NCBI GenBank assembly: GCA_046296495.1
Contig: JBKBLB010000001.1
Span: 69,740 to 133,739 of the forward strand
Direction of reading: 5' to 3'
DNA length: 64,000 nucleotides
DNA from: Bacteroidia bacterium
GTDB taxonomy: Bacteria; Bacteroidota; Bacteroidia; UKL13-3
A program made the position numbers and the translations under genes. Below are positions 29,587-39,682 of the stretch, in pieces; the first letter of the stretch is position 1; the number at the start of each line of letters is the position of its first letter. Below the pieces are notes generated by a model, which saw only the letters and a list, made by a program, of their open reading frames with translations, was not told the DNA's origin and made no database searches.

Positions 29587-31593
29587 TCAATACTTACTTA
29601 CAAGAATTTTTGTTTGAAAGGTATATCCGTTTGGTAAGCTGCATTTTACAGCATAAATACCGTTTTTAATATCGCTAATATCAATACTTTGGCCTTTGTA
29701 GCTGTTTATAATAATTACTTGTTTTCCTTGAGCGTCAAATATCTCAATGCTTGAGTTTAACGGAAGGTTTTCTATTGCAAATTTATTGCTTGCCGGGTTT
29801 GGATAAATTATAAAACTTACTTTATCTTCAATATTTTTAACCGATTGAGTTAAAAGAAAAAGTATTGCGGTATCAGAAATTTCTTCGCAAGTTGAATTAG
29901 ACACAATACATCTAAATTGTTGCTGGTTGTTAGATATAGCAATGTTTGAAACGGTAAGTTTTGAAGTATTTACACCGCTATATTGCCCGGCATTTTGTAA
30001 ATCCTGAAAACCAAAACCTATATTGCTTTGCCATTTAAAATTTACACCGGTTGTGGTTTTTGGTATTATATTAAATTCTGCAGTTAAACCTTGGATTGTA
30101 GAAACATTTTGAGGTTGAGCCGCAATTAAATTACAAGGAGAAGTTACAACATACTGACCCATCATTCCATCGTCTTCGTGTGTAAGCATGTGGCAGTGAT
30201 ACATGTAAGGCAAAGTGTCGTTGTAAAAATCTTCGAACTTTGTAATAAATCTTACAACACCATTGCCACCGGGTACCAAAACCACATCTTTTCTGCCTCT
30301 TTGATGAATTGCCGGAACTTGCCCATTTACGCTAAGTACATAAAAAGGTACATTGTGTATGTGAAAAGGATGAGCTATAGGTGTTTGGTTTCTTAATTCC
30401 CAAATTTCTACATTATTAAACGGTACGCGATAATTTATTACATTTAAATCAAAGTGTGCATTGTTTATAACAAAAGGGCCATTTATTGCACCCTGACCCA
30501 TGGTCATTGATGTAAAAGTAAGATTGCGGGTAATATTTGCTGAATTTTCAGCCCAAGGGTTGTGAGAAATTAAACTGCCCGGAATACTTGTAACAGCATT
30601 GGCAGTGGGTGTAACTATATTTAGTTGCAAAATATTAAAATCTCTTCCGTTAAGCAGGTTTGATGTATAACCCGGTATTTGTTGTCCGGCACCCATACCC
30701 GGCTGTGCAGCGCCATAAATTGCATTGCTTATGCCGGTGCCATAGTTTCTTAAATGTATGGTTTGACCCTGCATTTCCGAAAAGTTTACAAGTATTTCAT
30801 AACGTTCTCCGGGTGCTATAAGCAAGCGTGTTAGATTAACAGGCGCGGTAAGTAAACCGCCATCGCTTCCTATTACGGCAAAGCTTGCATTATTGCTTAG
30901 TCCTATATTGTAAACTCTTTCTGATGAGCCATTTAATAATCGAAACCTAACAACCTGTGCCGGAACATTTAAAAAAGGATTTCTGGTTGCATTAACCATT
31001 AATGAAGTATCTGAAGATACATGATCGGTTACAATTTGATTGTTTGATGTAAATGATTTTGTTTGTATGGCAAGCGGAAAATCATCAACCCCGTATGTGC
31101 GAGGAAGATTTATTTTAGCTTCTTCATTATCTCTTACAATTACAAAACCTGCAATACCTTTTTGAACATGATAATGGGTTTTTTCATGTAAATGTGGATG
31201 ATACCAATGCGTTGATGCATGGTCTAACACCTCAAAAGATGGAGACCAAGTAGTGCTTGGTGGTATTACAATATGCGGTCCGCCATCATTTTCCGGAGCT
31301 ACGTGCATTCCGTGCCAGTGAATGGTGGTAGTTTCATTTAAATTGTTTGTTACATTAATGGTTACTTGTTGATTTTTATTAAGCATTAAAGTTGGCCCGA
31401 GTATATTTCCGTTTACTCCCATGGTTTGGGTAATTGTACCCGGATAAAATTGTTTTGTGCCATTTTGTAATGTAAGGTTAATAATTCTACCACTTATTGT
31501 ATCAGGAATAGCTAACGGATTTTGGCTTAAGGCAAAATTGCTTGCAATAAGCGAGAGAGTAATAAATGAGAGAGTTAAGTTTTTTATAATCAT
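29587..31593 (-). CDS. Multicopper oxidase (CueO/bilirubin oxidase-like) with Ig-like domain and T9SS CTD
   Basis: All four Cu motifs present (HWHG, WYHPH, HPFHIH, HCHMLTHEDDGM); CTD IYPNPA...IFDAQGK...GIYAV. Confidence 0.93.
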   Translation of the reverse strand: MIIKNLTLSFITLSLIASNFALSQNPLAIPDTISGRIINLTLQNGTKQFYPGTITQTMGVNGNILGPTLMLNKNQQVTINVTNNLNETTTIHWHGMHVAPENDGGPHIVIPPSTTWSPSFEVLDHASTHWYHPHLHEKTHYHVQKGIAGFVIVRDNEEAKINLPRTYGVDDFPLAIQTKSFTSNNQIVTDHVSSDTSLMVNATRNPFLNVPAQVVRFRLLNGSSERVYNIGLSNNASFAVIGSDGGLLTAPVNLTRLLIAPGERYEILVNFSEMQGQTIHLRNYGTGISNAIYGAAQPGMGAGQQIPGYTSNLLNGRDFNILQLNIVTPTANAVTSIPGSLISHNPWAENSANITRNLTFTSMTMGQGAINGPFVINNAHFDLNVINYRVPFNNVEIWELRNQTPIAHPFHIHNVPFYVLSVNGQVPAIHQRGRKDVVLVPGGNGVVRFITKFEDFYNDTLPYMYHCHMLTHEDDGMMGQYVVTSPCNLIAAQPQNVSTIQGLTAEFNIIPKTTTGVNFKWQSNIGFGFQDLQNAGQYSGVNTSKLTVSNIAISNNQQQFRCIVSNSTCEEISDTAILFLLTQSVKNIEDKVSFIIYPNPASNKFAIENLPLNSSIEIFDAQGKQVIIINSYKGQSIDISDIKNGIYAVKCSLPNGYTFQTKILVSKY

Positions 31594-31621
31594 ATTAAGT
31601 TATTGAATTTTTATTGATTTA

Positions 31622-31629
31622 CAAATTTA
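31622..31629 (-). promoter_or_regulatory. -7 promoter element for the multicopper oxidase gene
   Basis: TAAATTTG on the minus strand, about 30 bp upstream of the ATG. Confidence 0.55.
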
Positions 31630-31731
31630 AGCATTACATTATAAACACATATTTTTAAATTTATACAAGTCTGAAACATTTTTATGTATTTGAAGCGTTT
31701 AATATCTTTTAATTGAACCAAATATTTCAGC

Positions 31732-31783
31732 ACATTACAAATGTATTGTAATGTAAAAACATGTTCTTGTAACAAAAGTTACA
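31732..31783. promoter_or_regulatory. Two palindromes, candidate operators
   Basis: ACATTACAA-atgta-TTGTAATGT (contains TACAaaTGTA) and TGTAAC-aaaa-GTTACA. Confidence 0.45.
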
Positions 31784-31900
31784 TTGTTGAAAGTTTTATT
31801 AAAAATTAAATACTATTCATCTTTAGGCTTTTACCATCAATTAAAATTTGTTGATTGCATTTAATGTCGGTAGCTTATTTTTGAACTTTTACAAGAAATA

Positions 31901-34567
31901 ATGACCGATTTGAACGATAATACTGAAAATAATCAACCTTCCGAAAATAATAACCACGAATACCATGTAACTTTGGTAAGTGGACTATATGAGAATTGGT
32001 TTTTAGATTATGCATCTTATGTGATATTGGAACGTGCCGTTCCGGCCATTGAAGACGGCCTAAAACCTGTACAACGCAGAATTTTACATGCCATGCGCGA
32101 AATGGATGACGGGCGTTTTAACAAAGTGGCCAATATTATTGGTCAAACCATGCAATACCATCCACATGGCGATGCTGCAATCGGTGATGCAATGGTTAAT
32201 TTGGGTCAAAAAGATTTATTAATAGAAACACAAGGAAACTGGGGCGACCCTCGAACCGGTGATGCTGCAGCAGCTCCAAGATACATTGAAGCTCGATTAA
32301 GCAAATTTGCTCTCGAAGTAGCTTTTAATCCCCAAACAACAAAGTGGCAAAACAGCTACGATGGCCGAAAAAAAGAACCCATAACGCTACCAATGAAGTT
32401 TCCGCTATTGCTTGCACAGGGTGTAGAGGGCATTGCCGTAGGCCTTGCCACCAAAGTGCTGCCTCATAATTTTTGCGAACTATTACAGGCAAGTATTGAT
32501 TATTTAAAAGGCAAAGATTTTGAACTTTACCCTGATTTTAATACAGGCGGCTTAATTGATGTTTCAGCTTATAATGAAGGTAAAAAAGGATCGCGGGTTA
32601 GAGTGAGGGCAAAAATTGAAGAGCTTGATAAAAAAACTTTATTAATTAAAGATGTACCGTTTGGAATTACTACAAATCAATTAATTGACTCTATTATTAA
32701 AGCCAATGACAATGGTAAAATTAAAATTAAAAAAGTAATTGATAATACCGCTAAAGATGTAGAGATTGAAGTACAACTTGCACCTGGTGTTAGCCCAGAT
32801 ATAACCATTGATGCACTTTACGCTTTTACAAACTGTGAGGTTAGTATTTCGCCCAATGCCTGTGTAATTGTTGATGAAAAACCTGTGTTTTTGGGGGTAA
32901 ACGATTTACTTAAAATAAGTACAGATAATACAAAAAGCTTATTAAAACAAGAACTTGAAATAAAACTTGCCGAACTTGAAGAAGAATGGCACTATTGCAG
33001 CCTTGAAAAGATTTTTATTGAAAAACGTATTTACCGTGATATTGAAGAATGCGAAACTTTTGAAGATGTAATTGATACCATTTGGCGTGGTATGAATAAG
33101 TATAAAAAACTCTTTAAACGCGAATTGAATGAAAACGATATTTTAAAACTTACTGAAATTAAAATTAAGCGTATAAGCAAGTACGATAGTTTTAAAGCAG
33201 ATGAACTAATAAAAAGCATTGAAGCCAAACTAGAAGAAACTAAGCAAAATCTCGAAAATTTAAGGGCTTATGCTATTAAATATTTTGAAAACTTACTTAA
33301 AAAATACGGTAAAGGACGAGAGCGACAAACCGAAATAAGAACTTTTGATACCATAGACAGCAAAATGGTTGCCATAGCAAACCAAAAGCTTTATGTAAAC
33401 AGGGCCGAGGGTTTTGTGGGCATTGGTTTAAAGAAAGATGAATTTGTTTGCGAATGCAGTGATATTGATGATATTATAGTTTTTAGAAAAGATGGAAAAA
33501 TGATGGTAAGTCGAGTGCAGGAAAAAGCATTTATGGGAAAAGATATCATACATGTTGATGTATTCAGAAAAAACGATGAGCGAAGAATTTACAATATGAT
33601 ATACCTTGACGGAAAAACCAAGGTAAGTTATGCCAAACGCTTTGCCGTAACGGGCATTACCCGCGATAAAGAGTACGACCTTACACAGGGAAAACCCGGC
33701 AGCAGGGTTTTATATTTTACGGCAAACCCTGGCGGTGAGGCCGAGATTGTTTGCATAACACTTAGTCCGCTTAGCCATGCCCGAAAACTAAGTTTCGATT
33801 TTGATTTCTCTCAGCTTGCAATTAAAGGCCGCATGTCTCAAGGTAATATTGTAAGCAAATACCTTGTAAAAAGCATTAAACTAAAACAAAAAGGCATAAG
33901 TACTCTTGGCGGAATTGATATTTGGTACGATGAAACCATTGGCCGCATTAATACAAACGAGCACGGTCAATACCTTGGCAATTTTAAAGACGATGACCAA
34001 ATATTGGCCATTTACAAAGAAGGATCTTATGAACTTACCAATTACGATACATCCAACCATTATGAGTACGACCAACTGCTTCATATAGTAAAGTTTAAAC
34101 CAAATGCTCCTGTTACTCTTATTTATTTTGATGCCAAAAACAAACAATATAATATCAAAAGGTTTTTGGTTGAAACCAACACATTAAACAAAAAATTTTA
34201 TTGCATACCCGAAGAAAAAGGAAATTACATTTTGTTGGCCACTACACAAAAAACACCGGTTGTAGTTGTTACTATTGGTAAAGGAAAAAATGCAAAAACC
34301 GAGCAAATAAATCTTGCCGAGTTTATTGATGTGAAAGGTTGGAAAGCCATTGGAAATAAATTTGCCGAAAATGATTTACAACAGATAGAATTACTTCCTG
34401 CCGAGGTTGATGAAGAAACCGATGAAGAAGATATTTTGACCAAAGATTTGTTGGAAGAAGAGCAACAAAAAATAAAAAAGCTGCTCGAAGATGATGAAGA
34501 TTTGGAAAATTTAAAACCTAAAGGCAATGGAAAACCTGTAAAACCAGAGCAGCCAAAATTATTTTAA
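31901..34567 (+). CDS. parC: DNA topoisomerase IV subunit A (Bacteroidota type)
   Basis: [12 protein letters not shown]...[20 protein letters not shown] and catalytic [10 protein letters not shown]. Confidence 0.9.
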   Translation: MTDLNDNTENNQPSENNNHEYHVTLVSGLYENWFLDYASYVILERAVPAIEDGLKPVQRRILHAMREMDDGRFNKVANIIGQTMQYHPHGDAAIGDAMVNLGQKDLLIETQGNWGDPRTGDAAAAPRYIEARLSKFALEVAFNPQTTKWQNSYDGRKKEPITLPMKFPLLLAQGVEGIAVGLATKVLPHNFCELLQASIDYLKGKDFELYPDFNTGGLIDVSAYNEGKKGSRVRVRAKIEELDKKTLLIKDVPFGITTNQLIDSIIKANDNGKIKIKKVIDNTAKDVEIEVQLAPGVSPDITIDALYAFTNCEVSISPNACVIVDEKPVFLGVNDLLKISTDNTKSLLKQELEIKLAELEEEWHYCSLEKIFIEKRIYRDIEECETFEDVIDTIWRGMNKYKKLFKRELNENDILKLTEIKIKRISKYDSFKADELIKSIEAKLEETKQNLENLRAYAIKYFENLLKKYGKGRERQTEIRTFDTIDSKMVAIANQKLYVNRAEGFVGIGLKKDEFVCECSDIDDIIVFRKDGKMMVSRVQEKAFMGKDIIHVDVFRKNDERRIYNMIYLDGKTKVSYAKRFAVTGITRDKEYDLTQGKPGSRVLYFTANPGGEAEIVCITLSPLSHARKLSFDFDFSQLAIKGRMSQGNIVSKYLVKSIKLKQKGISTLGGIDIWYDETIGRINTNEHGQYLGNFKDDDQILAIYKEGSYELTNYDTSNHYEYDQLLHIVKFKPNAPVTLIYFDAKNKQYNIKRFLVETNTLNKKFYCIPEEKGNYILLATTQKTPVVVVTIGKGKNAKTEQINLAEFIDVKGWKAIGNKFAENDLQQIELLPAEVDEETDEEDILTKDLLEEEQQKIKKLLEDDEDLENLKPKGNGKPVKPEQPKLF

Positions 34568-34573
34568 TCGGGC

Positions 34574-34604
34574 TGACACTCTGTCATATATTTTTGTATC
34601 TTTG
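34574..34604 (+). promoter_or_regulatory. miaB promoter: TGACA-N3-TGTCA palindrome plus -7 element
   Basis: TGACActcTGTCA at 34574-34586 and TATCTTTG at 34597-34604. Confidence 0.6.
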
Positions 34605-34619
34605 CGCCTCAAATTTACT

Positions 34620-36005
34620 ATGAGAGGAATTACAGCCGAAATTACACCCGAAACCGCTACCCGAAATCTGTATATAGAAACATACGGATGTGCCATGAAC
34701 TTGGCCGATAGTGAAGTGGTAGCATCAATAATGATGGATAAGGGTTTTAAAACCATTGGCGACCCCTTGCAAGCCGATGTTGTATTTATAAATACTTGTG
34801 CAATTAGAGATAATGCCGAACAAAGGGTTTGGGGTCGTTTGCATGATTTAAAACAACAAAAAAAGAAAAATCCAGGAATGATAGTGGGAGTTTTGGGGTG
34901 TATGGCCGAGCGCTTAAAATCTAAATTACTCGAACAGGAAAAACTTGTTGATATTGTTGTTGGGCCTGATGCTTACAGAGATATTCCAAACTTAATTGCT
35001 CAGGTAGAAGAAGGCCAAAAAGCAGTTAATGTTTTATTGAGCCGCGAAGAAACCTATGCCGAAATTACCCCTGTAAGACTTAGCAGCAACGGAGTTACGG
35101 CTTTTATTAGTATAATGCGCGGTTGCGATAATATGTGCAGCTTTTGCGTTGTACCTTTTACACGAGGCCGCGAGCGAAGCCGTCCTTCCGATTCAATTGT
35201 TAAAGAGGCACAAGATTTATACAATCAAGGATATAAAGAGGTAACACTTTTGGGTCAAAATGTTGATAGTTATAAAGAAGAAGATGAAAACGGAAATACT
35301 CTTTGCACATTTGCTCAATTACTAGAAAAAGTTGCGCTTGTTGCCCCCGATTTAAGAGTAAGATTTAGCAGTTCGCACCCAAAAGATATAACCGATGAAG
35401 TGTTGTACATCATGAAAAAGTACAACAATATTTGCAATTACATTCACTTTCCGTTACAAAGCGGCAACAGCCGTGTATTAAAACTAATGAACCGAACTTA
35501 CGACCGAGAATGGTTTAAAACCAGACTAGATAAAATTAGAGAAGTTTTGCCCGATTGTGGAATTAGTACTGATGTAATAGCCGGTTTTTGTACCGAAACC
35601 GAAGAAGAGCATCAGGATACAATTAGCATGTTTAAATACGCCCGATTTAATTTTGCATACATGTATGCATATAGCGAACGCCCCGGTACTCTTGCTGCCC
35701 GCAGGTATGCTGATGATATACCTGCCGAAGTTAAAAACAGGCGCTTGCAGGAAATAATTTCGGTTCAAAACCAAATAAGCAAAGAATTAAATGTTGCCGA
35801 AGTTGGTAAAATACATACGGTTTTGGTTGAAGCCGATTCGAAAAAATCTGCTGATGATTGGATGGGCCGAAACGACCAAAATGTTACTTGCATTTTCCCT
35901 AAAGGCCAAGGATATGATAAAGGAAGTTATGTAAAAGTGCTGGTTGAACGTGCTACTCAAACAAGCCTTATTGGTAAAGTTACAGAAGTGGTAAAACAAC
36001 CCTAA
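34620..36005 (+). CDS. miaB: tRNA i6A37 methylthiotransferase
   Basis: ETYGC.MN..DSE, NTCAIR.NAE, radical SAM motif [15 protein letters not shown] and TRAM domain. ATG at 34620 is preferred because the track TTG lies inside the promoter box. Confidence 0.96.
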   Translation: MRGITAEITPETATRNLYIETYGCAMNLADSEVVASIMMDKGFKTIGDPLQADVVFINTCAIRDNAEQRVWGRLHDLKQQKKKNPGMIVGVLGCMAERLKSKLLEQEKLVDIVVGPDAYRDIPNLIAQVEEGQKAVNVLLSREETYAEITPVRLSSNGVTAFISIMRGCDNMCSFCVVPFTRGRERSRPSDSIVKEAQDLYNQGYKEVTLLGQNVDSYKEEDENGNTLCTFAQLLEKVALVAPDLRVRFSSSHPKDITDEVLYIMKKYNNICNYIHFPLQSGNSRVLKLMNRTYDREWFKTRLDKIREVLPDCGISTDVIAGFCTETEEEHQDTISMFKYARFNFAYMYAYSERPGTLAARRYADDIPAEVKNRRLQEIISVQNQISKELNVAEVGKIHTVLVEADSKKSADDWMGRNDQNVTCIFPKGQGYDKGSYVKVLVERATQTSLIGKVTEVVKQP

Positions 36006-36016
36006 ATTTTTAATTA

Positions 36017-37264
36017 ATGAACGTACAAGACATTAAACAACGATTTGAAATTATAGGTAACTCGCCATTGTTAAACTATGCATTGGAAACCGCCATAAAA
36101 GTAGCTCCAACAGATATTTCGGTGCTTATAAATGGTGAAAGCGGTGTTGGTAAAGAGGCATTTAGTAAAATTATACATGCATTAAGTGCTCGTAAACACG
36201 GGCCCTTTATTGCCGTAAATTGTGGAGCTATACCCGAAGGAACCATAGATTCGGAGTTGTTTGGACACGAAAAAGGCTCATTTACCGGTGCACACGATAC
36301 ACGCAAAGGATATTTTGAAACCGTTAACGGTGGAACTATTTTTTTGGATGAAGTAGGGGAGTTGCCGCTCGAAACTCAGGCTCGCTTGTTACGAGTATTA
36401 GAAAGCGGTGAGTTTATAAAAGTAGGTTCAAGCAAGGTGCAAAAAACCGATGTAAGGGTAATTGCGGCAACCAATAAAGATTTGCTTGAACAATCGCTAA
36501 ACGGCAAATTTAGAGAAGACTTATATTACAGGCTAAGTACAGTTCCAATAAAAGTTCCGGCATTGCGCGAGAGGAAAGAAGATATTCATTTATTATTTAG
36601 AAAATTTAGCAGCGATTTTGCCGAAAAATACCGTTCAAAACCGGTTATGCTTGAACAGGATGCGCTAAACATAATGCTAAATTACCGTTGGCCGGGAAAC
36701 ATCAGGCAATTAAAAAATGTTGCCGAACAACTTTCGGTACTTGATGAAGACAAAATTGTAAATGCAAACGAACTGCTAAGGGTTTTACCTCAAGAAAAAA
36801 ATTTACCTGTTATAGCCGGATATACACAGGGAGAGGCTGGAGGAATGACCGAGAGAGATATTTTTTATAAGGTTTTAATTGAGCTTAGAAAAGATTTAAG
36901 CGACCTTAAAAATGTGGTGTTTAACATGATTCAAAATAATGGTGTACCAACAAACGATATGCTTAAAACTTACGAAAATTTAAGCAACGGTATAAGCATG
37001 TTTGAACATGAAAATGCTCAGGTTAATGCTATGCAGATGTCGCCTCAATCGTTAAATACATTGACAAAGCCTGTAGAAAATAATATTATAGAAATTACTG
37101 AAGTGCAACCTGAAGCAGAAAGTTTAAGCCTGGAAGAAAAAGAAATAGAGTTGATTAAAAAGGCCTTGCAAAAACATAAAGGCAAACGCAAACGTGCAGC
37201 TAACGAGTTAGGCATATCTGAACGTACTTTGTATCGTAAAATTAAACAATACGATTTAGAGTAA
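36017..37264 (+). CDS. Sigma-54-interacting AAA+ transcriptional regulator with Fis HTH, no sensory domain
   Basis: GESGVGKE, SELFGHEKGSFTGA, FLDEVGE, WPGNIRQL and LGISERTLYRK. Confidence 0.93.
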   Translation: MNVQDIKQRFEIIGNSPLLNYALETAIKVAPTDISVLINGESGVGKEAFSKIIHALSARKHGPFIAVNCGAIPEGTIDSELFGHEKGSFTGAHDTRKGYFETVNGGTIFLDEVGELPLETQARLLRVLESGEFIKVGSSKVQKTDVRVIAATNKDLLEQSLNGKFREDLYYRLSTVPIKVPALRERKEDIHLLFRKFSSDFAEKYRSKPVMLEQDALNIMLNYRWPGNIRQLKNVAEQLSVLDEDKIVNANELLRVLPQEKNLPVIAGYTQGEAGGMTERDIFYKVLIELRKDLSDLKNVVFNMIQNNGVPTNDMLKTYENLSNGISMFEHENAQVNAMQMSPQSLNTLTKPVENNIIEITEVQPEAESLSLEEKEIELIKKALQKHKGKRKRAANELGISERTLYRKIKQYDLE

Positions 37265-37285
37265 AAACAAACGGGGCTATTTGTT

Positions 37286-38536
37286 TTGAACACCAATAAG
37301 CAGAAAAATTTTAACGATCCGGTTTATGGTTTTGTAACCATACCATACCCTTTGTTGTTCGATATTATTGAACATCCGCGGTTTCAACGTTTGCGCAGAA
37401 TAAAGCAGTTAGGCCTTACAAATATGGTTTATCCGGGTGCACATCACACAAGGTTTCAGCATGTAATTGGTGCCATGAGTCTAACACAACAAGCCCTTGA
37501 AACACTTGAGCAAAAAGGAATTGAAATTACCCGCAAAGAAAAAGAAGCAGTTTTAGCAGCAATATTACTTCACGATATTGGTCACGGACCGTATTCTCAT
37601 ACACTCGAGGGATATATCATCTCAGATGTCCCTCACGAGCAAATTTCGTTACATTTTATGAATTTGCTGAATGCTGAGTTTGGAGGAAAACTTGATAAGT
37701 GTATTGAAATTTTTACCAATAAATACAGTAAAAAATTTTTGCACCAATTGGTAAGCAGTCAGCTTGATATGGATAGACTTGATTATTTACGAAGAGACAG
37801 TTTTTATAGCGGTGTGCAAGAAGGCGTAGTTGGTCAGGATAGAATTATAAACATGCTGAATGTAGTTAATGATGAACTTGTGGTTGATGAAAAAGGCATA
37901 TACAGCATAGAAAAATTTTTAATTGCCCGTAGGCTCATGTACTGGCAGGTTTATTTACATAAAACTGTAGTTTGTGCCGAGCAGGTATTGATAAAAATAA
38001 TGCAGAGGGCAAAACTACTTTCGCTGGCAGACGAAAAATTGTTTGCAACTCCGGCATTAGCTTTCTTTCTTGAAAATAATATTACCGATAAAACTTTTTT
38101 TAATAACACAGAGGCCATAAATTATTATGCCATGCTTGATGATTTTGATGTTTTTACATCGGTAAAAGTATGGTGTAATCACCATGATAAAATATTAAGC
38201 AACTTATGTAAAAGCCTTATCAATCGTCAGTTACCCAAAATTATATTTTTTAACAATAGGGTTGAACCTAAAATTATTGAAGAACTTAACAGAGAGTTGA
38301 TTGAAAAGAATGAAGTTGATGCCGAAAACTTACATTATTTTATATTTACTGATTCGGTAAAAAACAAAGCATACAGCCTGGAAAAATTTAATATTAAAAT
38401 ACATTACAAAAACGGCAAAACAGAAGACATTGCAAAAGCCAGCGATCAATATAATATTGAGGCATTGGCCAAGCCGGTAACCAAATATTTTTTATGCTTT
38501 CCTAAAAATCTTAATTTGCCTGCTTTAAACAAATAA
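37286..38536 (+). CDS. HD domain phosphohydrolase (SAMHD1/YdhJ-like)
   Basis: DPVYG, FQRLRRIKQLG, HTRFQH, LLHDIGHGPYSH and DMDRLDYLRRD; TTG start. Confidence 0.92.
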   Translation: MNTNKQKNFNDPVYGFVTIPYPLLFDIIEHPRFQRLRRIKQLGLTNMVYPGAHHTRFQHVIGAMSLTQQALETLEQKGIEITRKEKEAVLAAILLHDIGHGPYSHTLEGYIISDVPHEQISLHFMNLLNAEFGGKLDKCIEIFTNKYSKKFLHQLVSSQLDMDRLDYLRRDSFYSGVQEGVVGQDRIINMLNVVNDELVVDEKGIYSIEKFLIARRLMYWQVYLHKTVVCAEQVLIKIMQRAKLLSLADEKLFATPALAFFLENNITDKTFFNNTEAINYYAMLDDFDVFTSVKVWCNHHDKILSNLCKSLINRQLPKIIFFNNRVEPKIIEELNRELIEKNEVDAENLHYFIFTDSVKNKAYSLEKFNIKIHYKNGKTEDIAKASDQYNIEALAKPVTKYFLCFPKNLNLPALNK

Positions 38537-38538
38537 TT

Positions 38539-39585
38539 ATGCAAATTACCTTAGGCGAACTTGCCAAATTGCTTAATGCCGAACTTGTTGGTAACGAAAA
38601 TGCAACTGTACATACTGTTGCAAAAATTGAAGAAGGTTTTGAGGGTGCGTTATCGTTTTTAGCAAATCCAAAATACGAACAATTTATTTATACAACCAAA
38701 AGCACAGTTGTTTTGGTAAATAAAAGTTTTGTTGCCGAAAAAAATGTTTTAACAAATTTACTTAAAGTTGATGATGCATACGCGGCTTTTACTTTTTTGC
38801 TCGAAAAATTTAGTAATAAAACCAATCAGCTTGCCGGTATTGAAAACGGTAGCTTTGTAAGCGATAATGCAAAGGTTGGCAATAATACATTCATTGGTTT
38901 TGGTTCGTATATTGGAGATGATGCCGAGATTGGCGAAAGCACAAAAATATTACAACAGGTTTTTATTGGGTCAAACGTAAAAATTGGCAGCAACTGCCTC
39001 ATATTTCCCGGGGTGAAGATTTACCACGATTGCATAATTGGGGATAATGTAATTATACACAGCGGTACTGTTATAGGTAGCGATGGTTTTGGCTTTGCTC
39101 CTTTACCAAACAGGAGTTACAAAAAAATTCCACAAACAGGTAATGTAATTATAAAAAACAATGTAGAAATTGGAGCAAATTGTGCTATTGACAGGGCTAC
39201 AATGGGTTCAACCATTATACATGAAGGTGTAAAAATTGACAACCTTGTGCATTTGGCTCATAACGTAGAAATTGATGAACACACTGTAATTGCAGGCCAA
39301 ACCGGAGTAGCAGGCAGCACCAAGATTGGTAAATACTGTATTGCTGGTGGACAGGTTGGCTTTGCCGGCCATATAACCATTGCCGATGGAAGCCAGTTTG
39401 GTGCACAAAGCGGAATAAATTCGAGTATTAAAGAGCCTGAAAAAAAATGGAATGGTTCGCCTGTAATGCCGTTACAGGAATCATTAAAAATGATAACTAT
39501 TTACAGAAAATTACCTGAACTTTTAAAACGTATTGAGTCTCTTGAAAAACAGTTGGCTCAAGCAAAAAATAATATTGGCAATTAA
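38539..39585 (+). CDS. lpxD: UDP-3-O-acylglucosamine N-acyltransferase
   Basis: LSFLANPKY, GSDGFGF, IDRATMGST and KIDNLVHLAHNV; hexapeptide repeats. Confidence 0.97.
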   Translation: MQITLGELAKLLNAELVGNENATVHTVAKIEEGFEGALSFLANPKYEQFIYTTKSTVVLVNKSFVAEKNVLTNLLKVDDAYAAFTFLLEKFSNKTNQLAGIENGSFVSDNAKVGNNTFIGFGSYIGDDAEIGESTKILQQVFIGSNVKIGSNCLIFPGVKIYHDCIIGDNVIIHSGTVIGSDGFGFAPLPNRSYKKIPQTGNVIIKNNVEIGANCAIDRATMGSTIIHEGVKIDNLVHLAHNVEIDEHTVIAGQTGVAGSTKIGKYCIAGGQVGFAGHITIADGSQFGAQSGINSSIKEPEKKWNGSPVMPLQESLKMITIYRKLPELLKRIESLEKQLAQAKNNIGN

Positions 39586-39682
39586 TTGGTATTGCTGATT
39601 TTTATTTCTTTTTTTATTTTTTTGCAGCGCTTTTTGTAAAATTATACTTTTTTTAAATTCAAATTTATTTATCGAAAATTAA

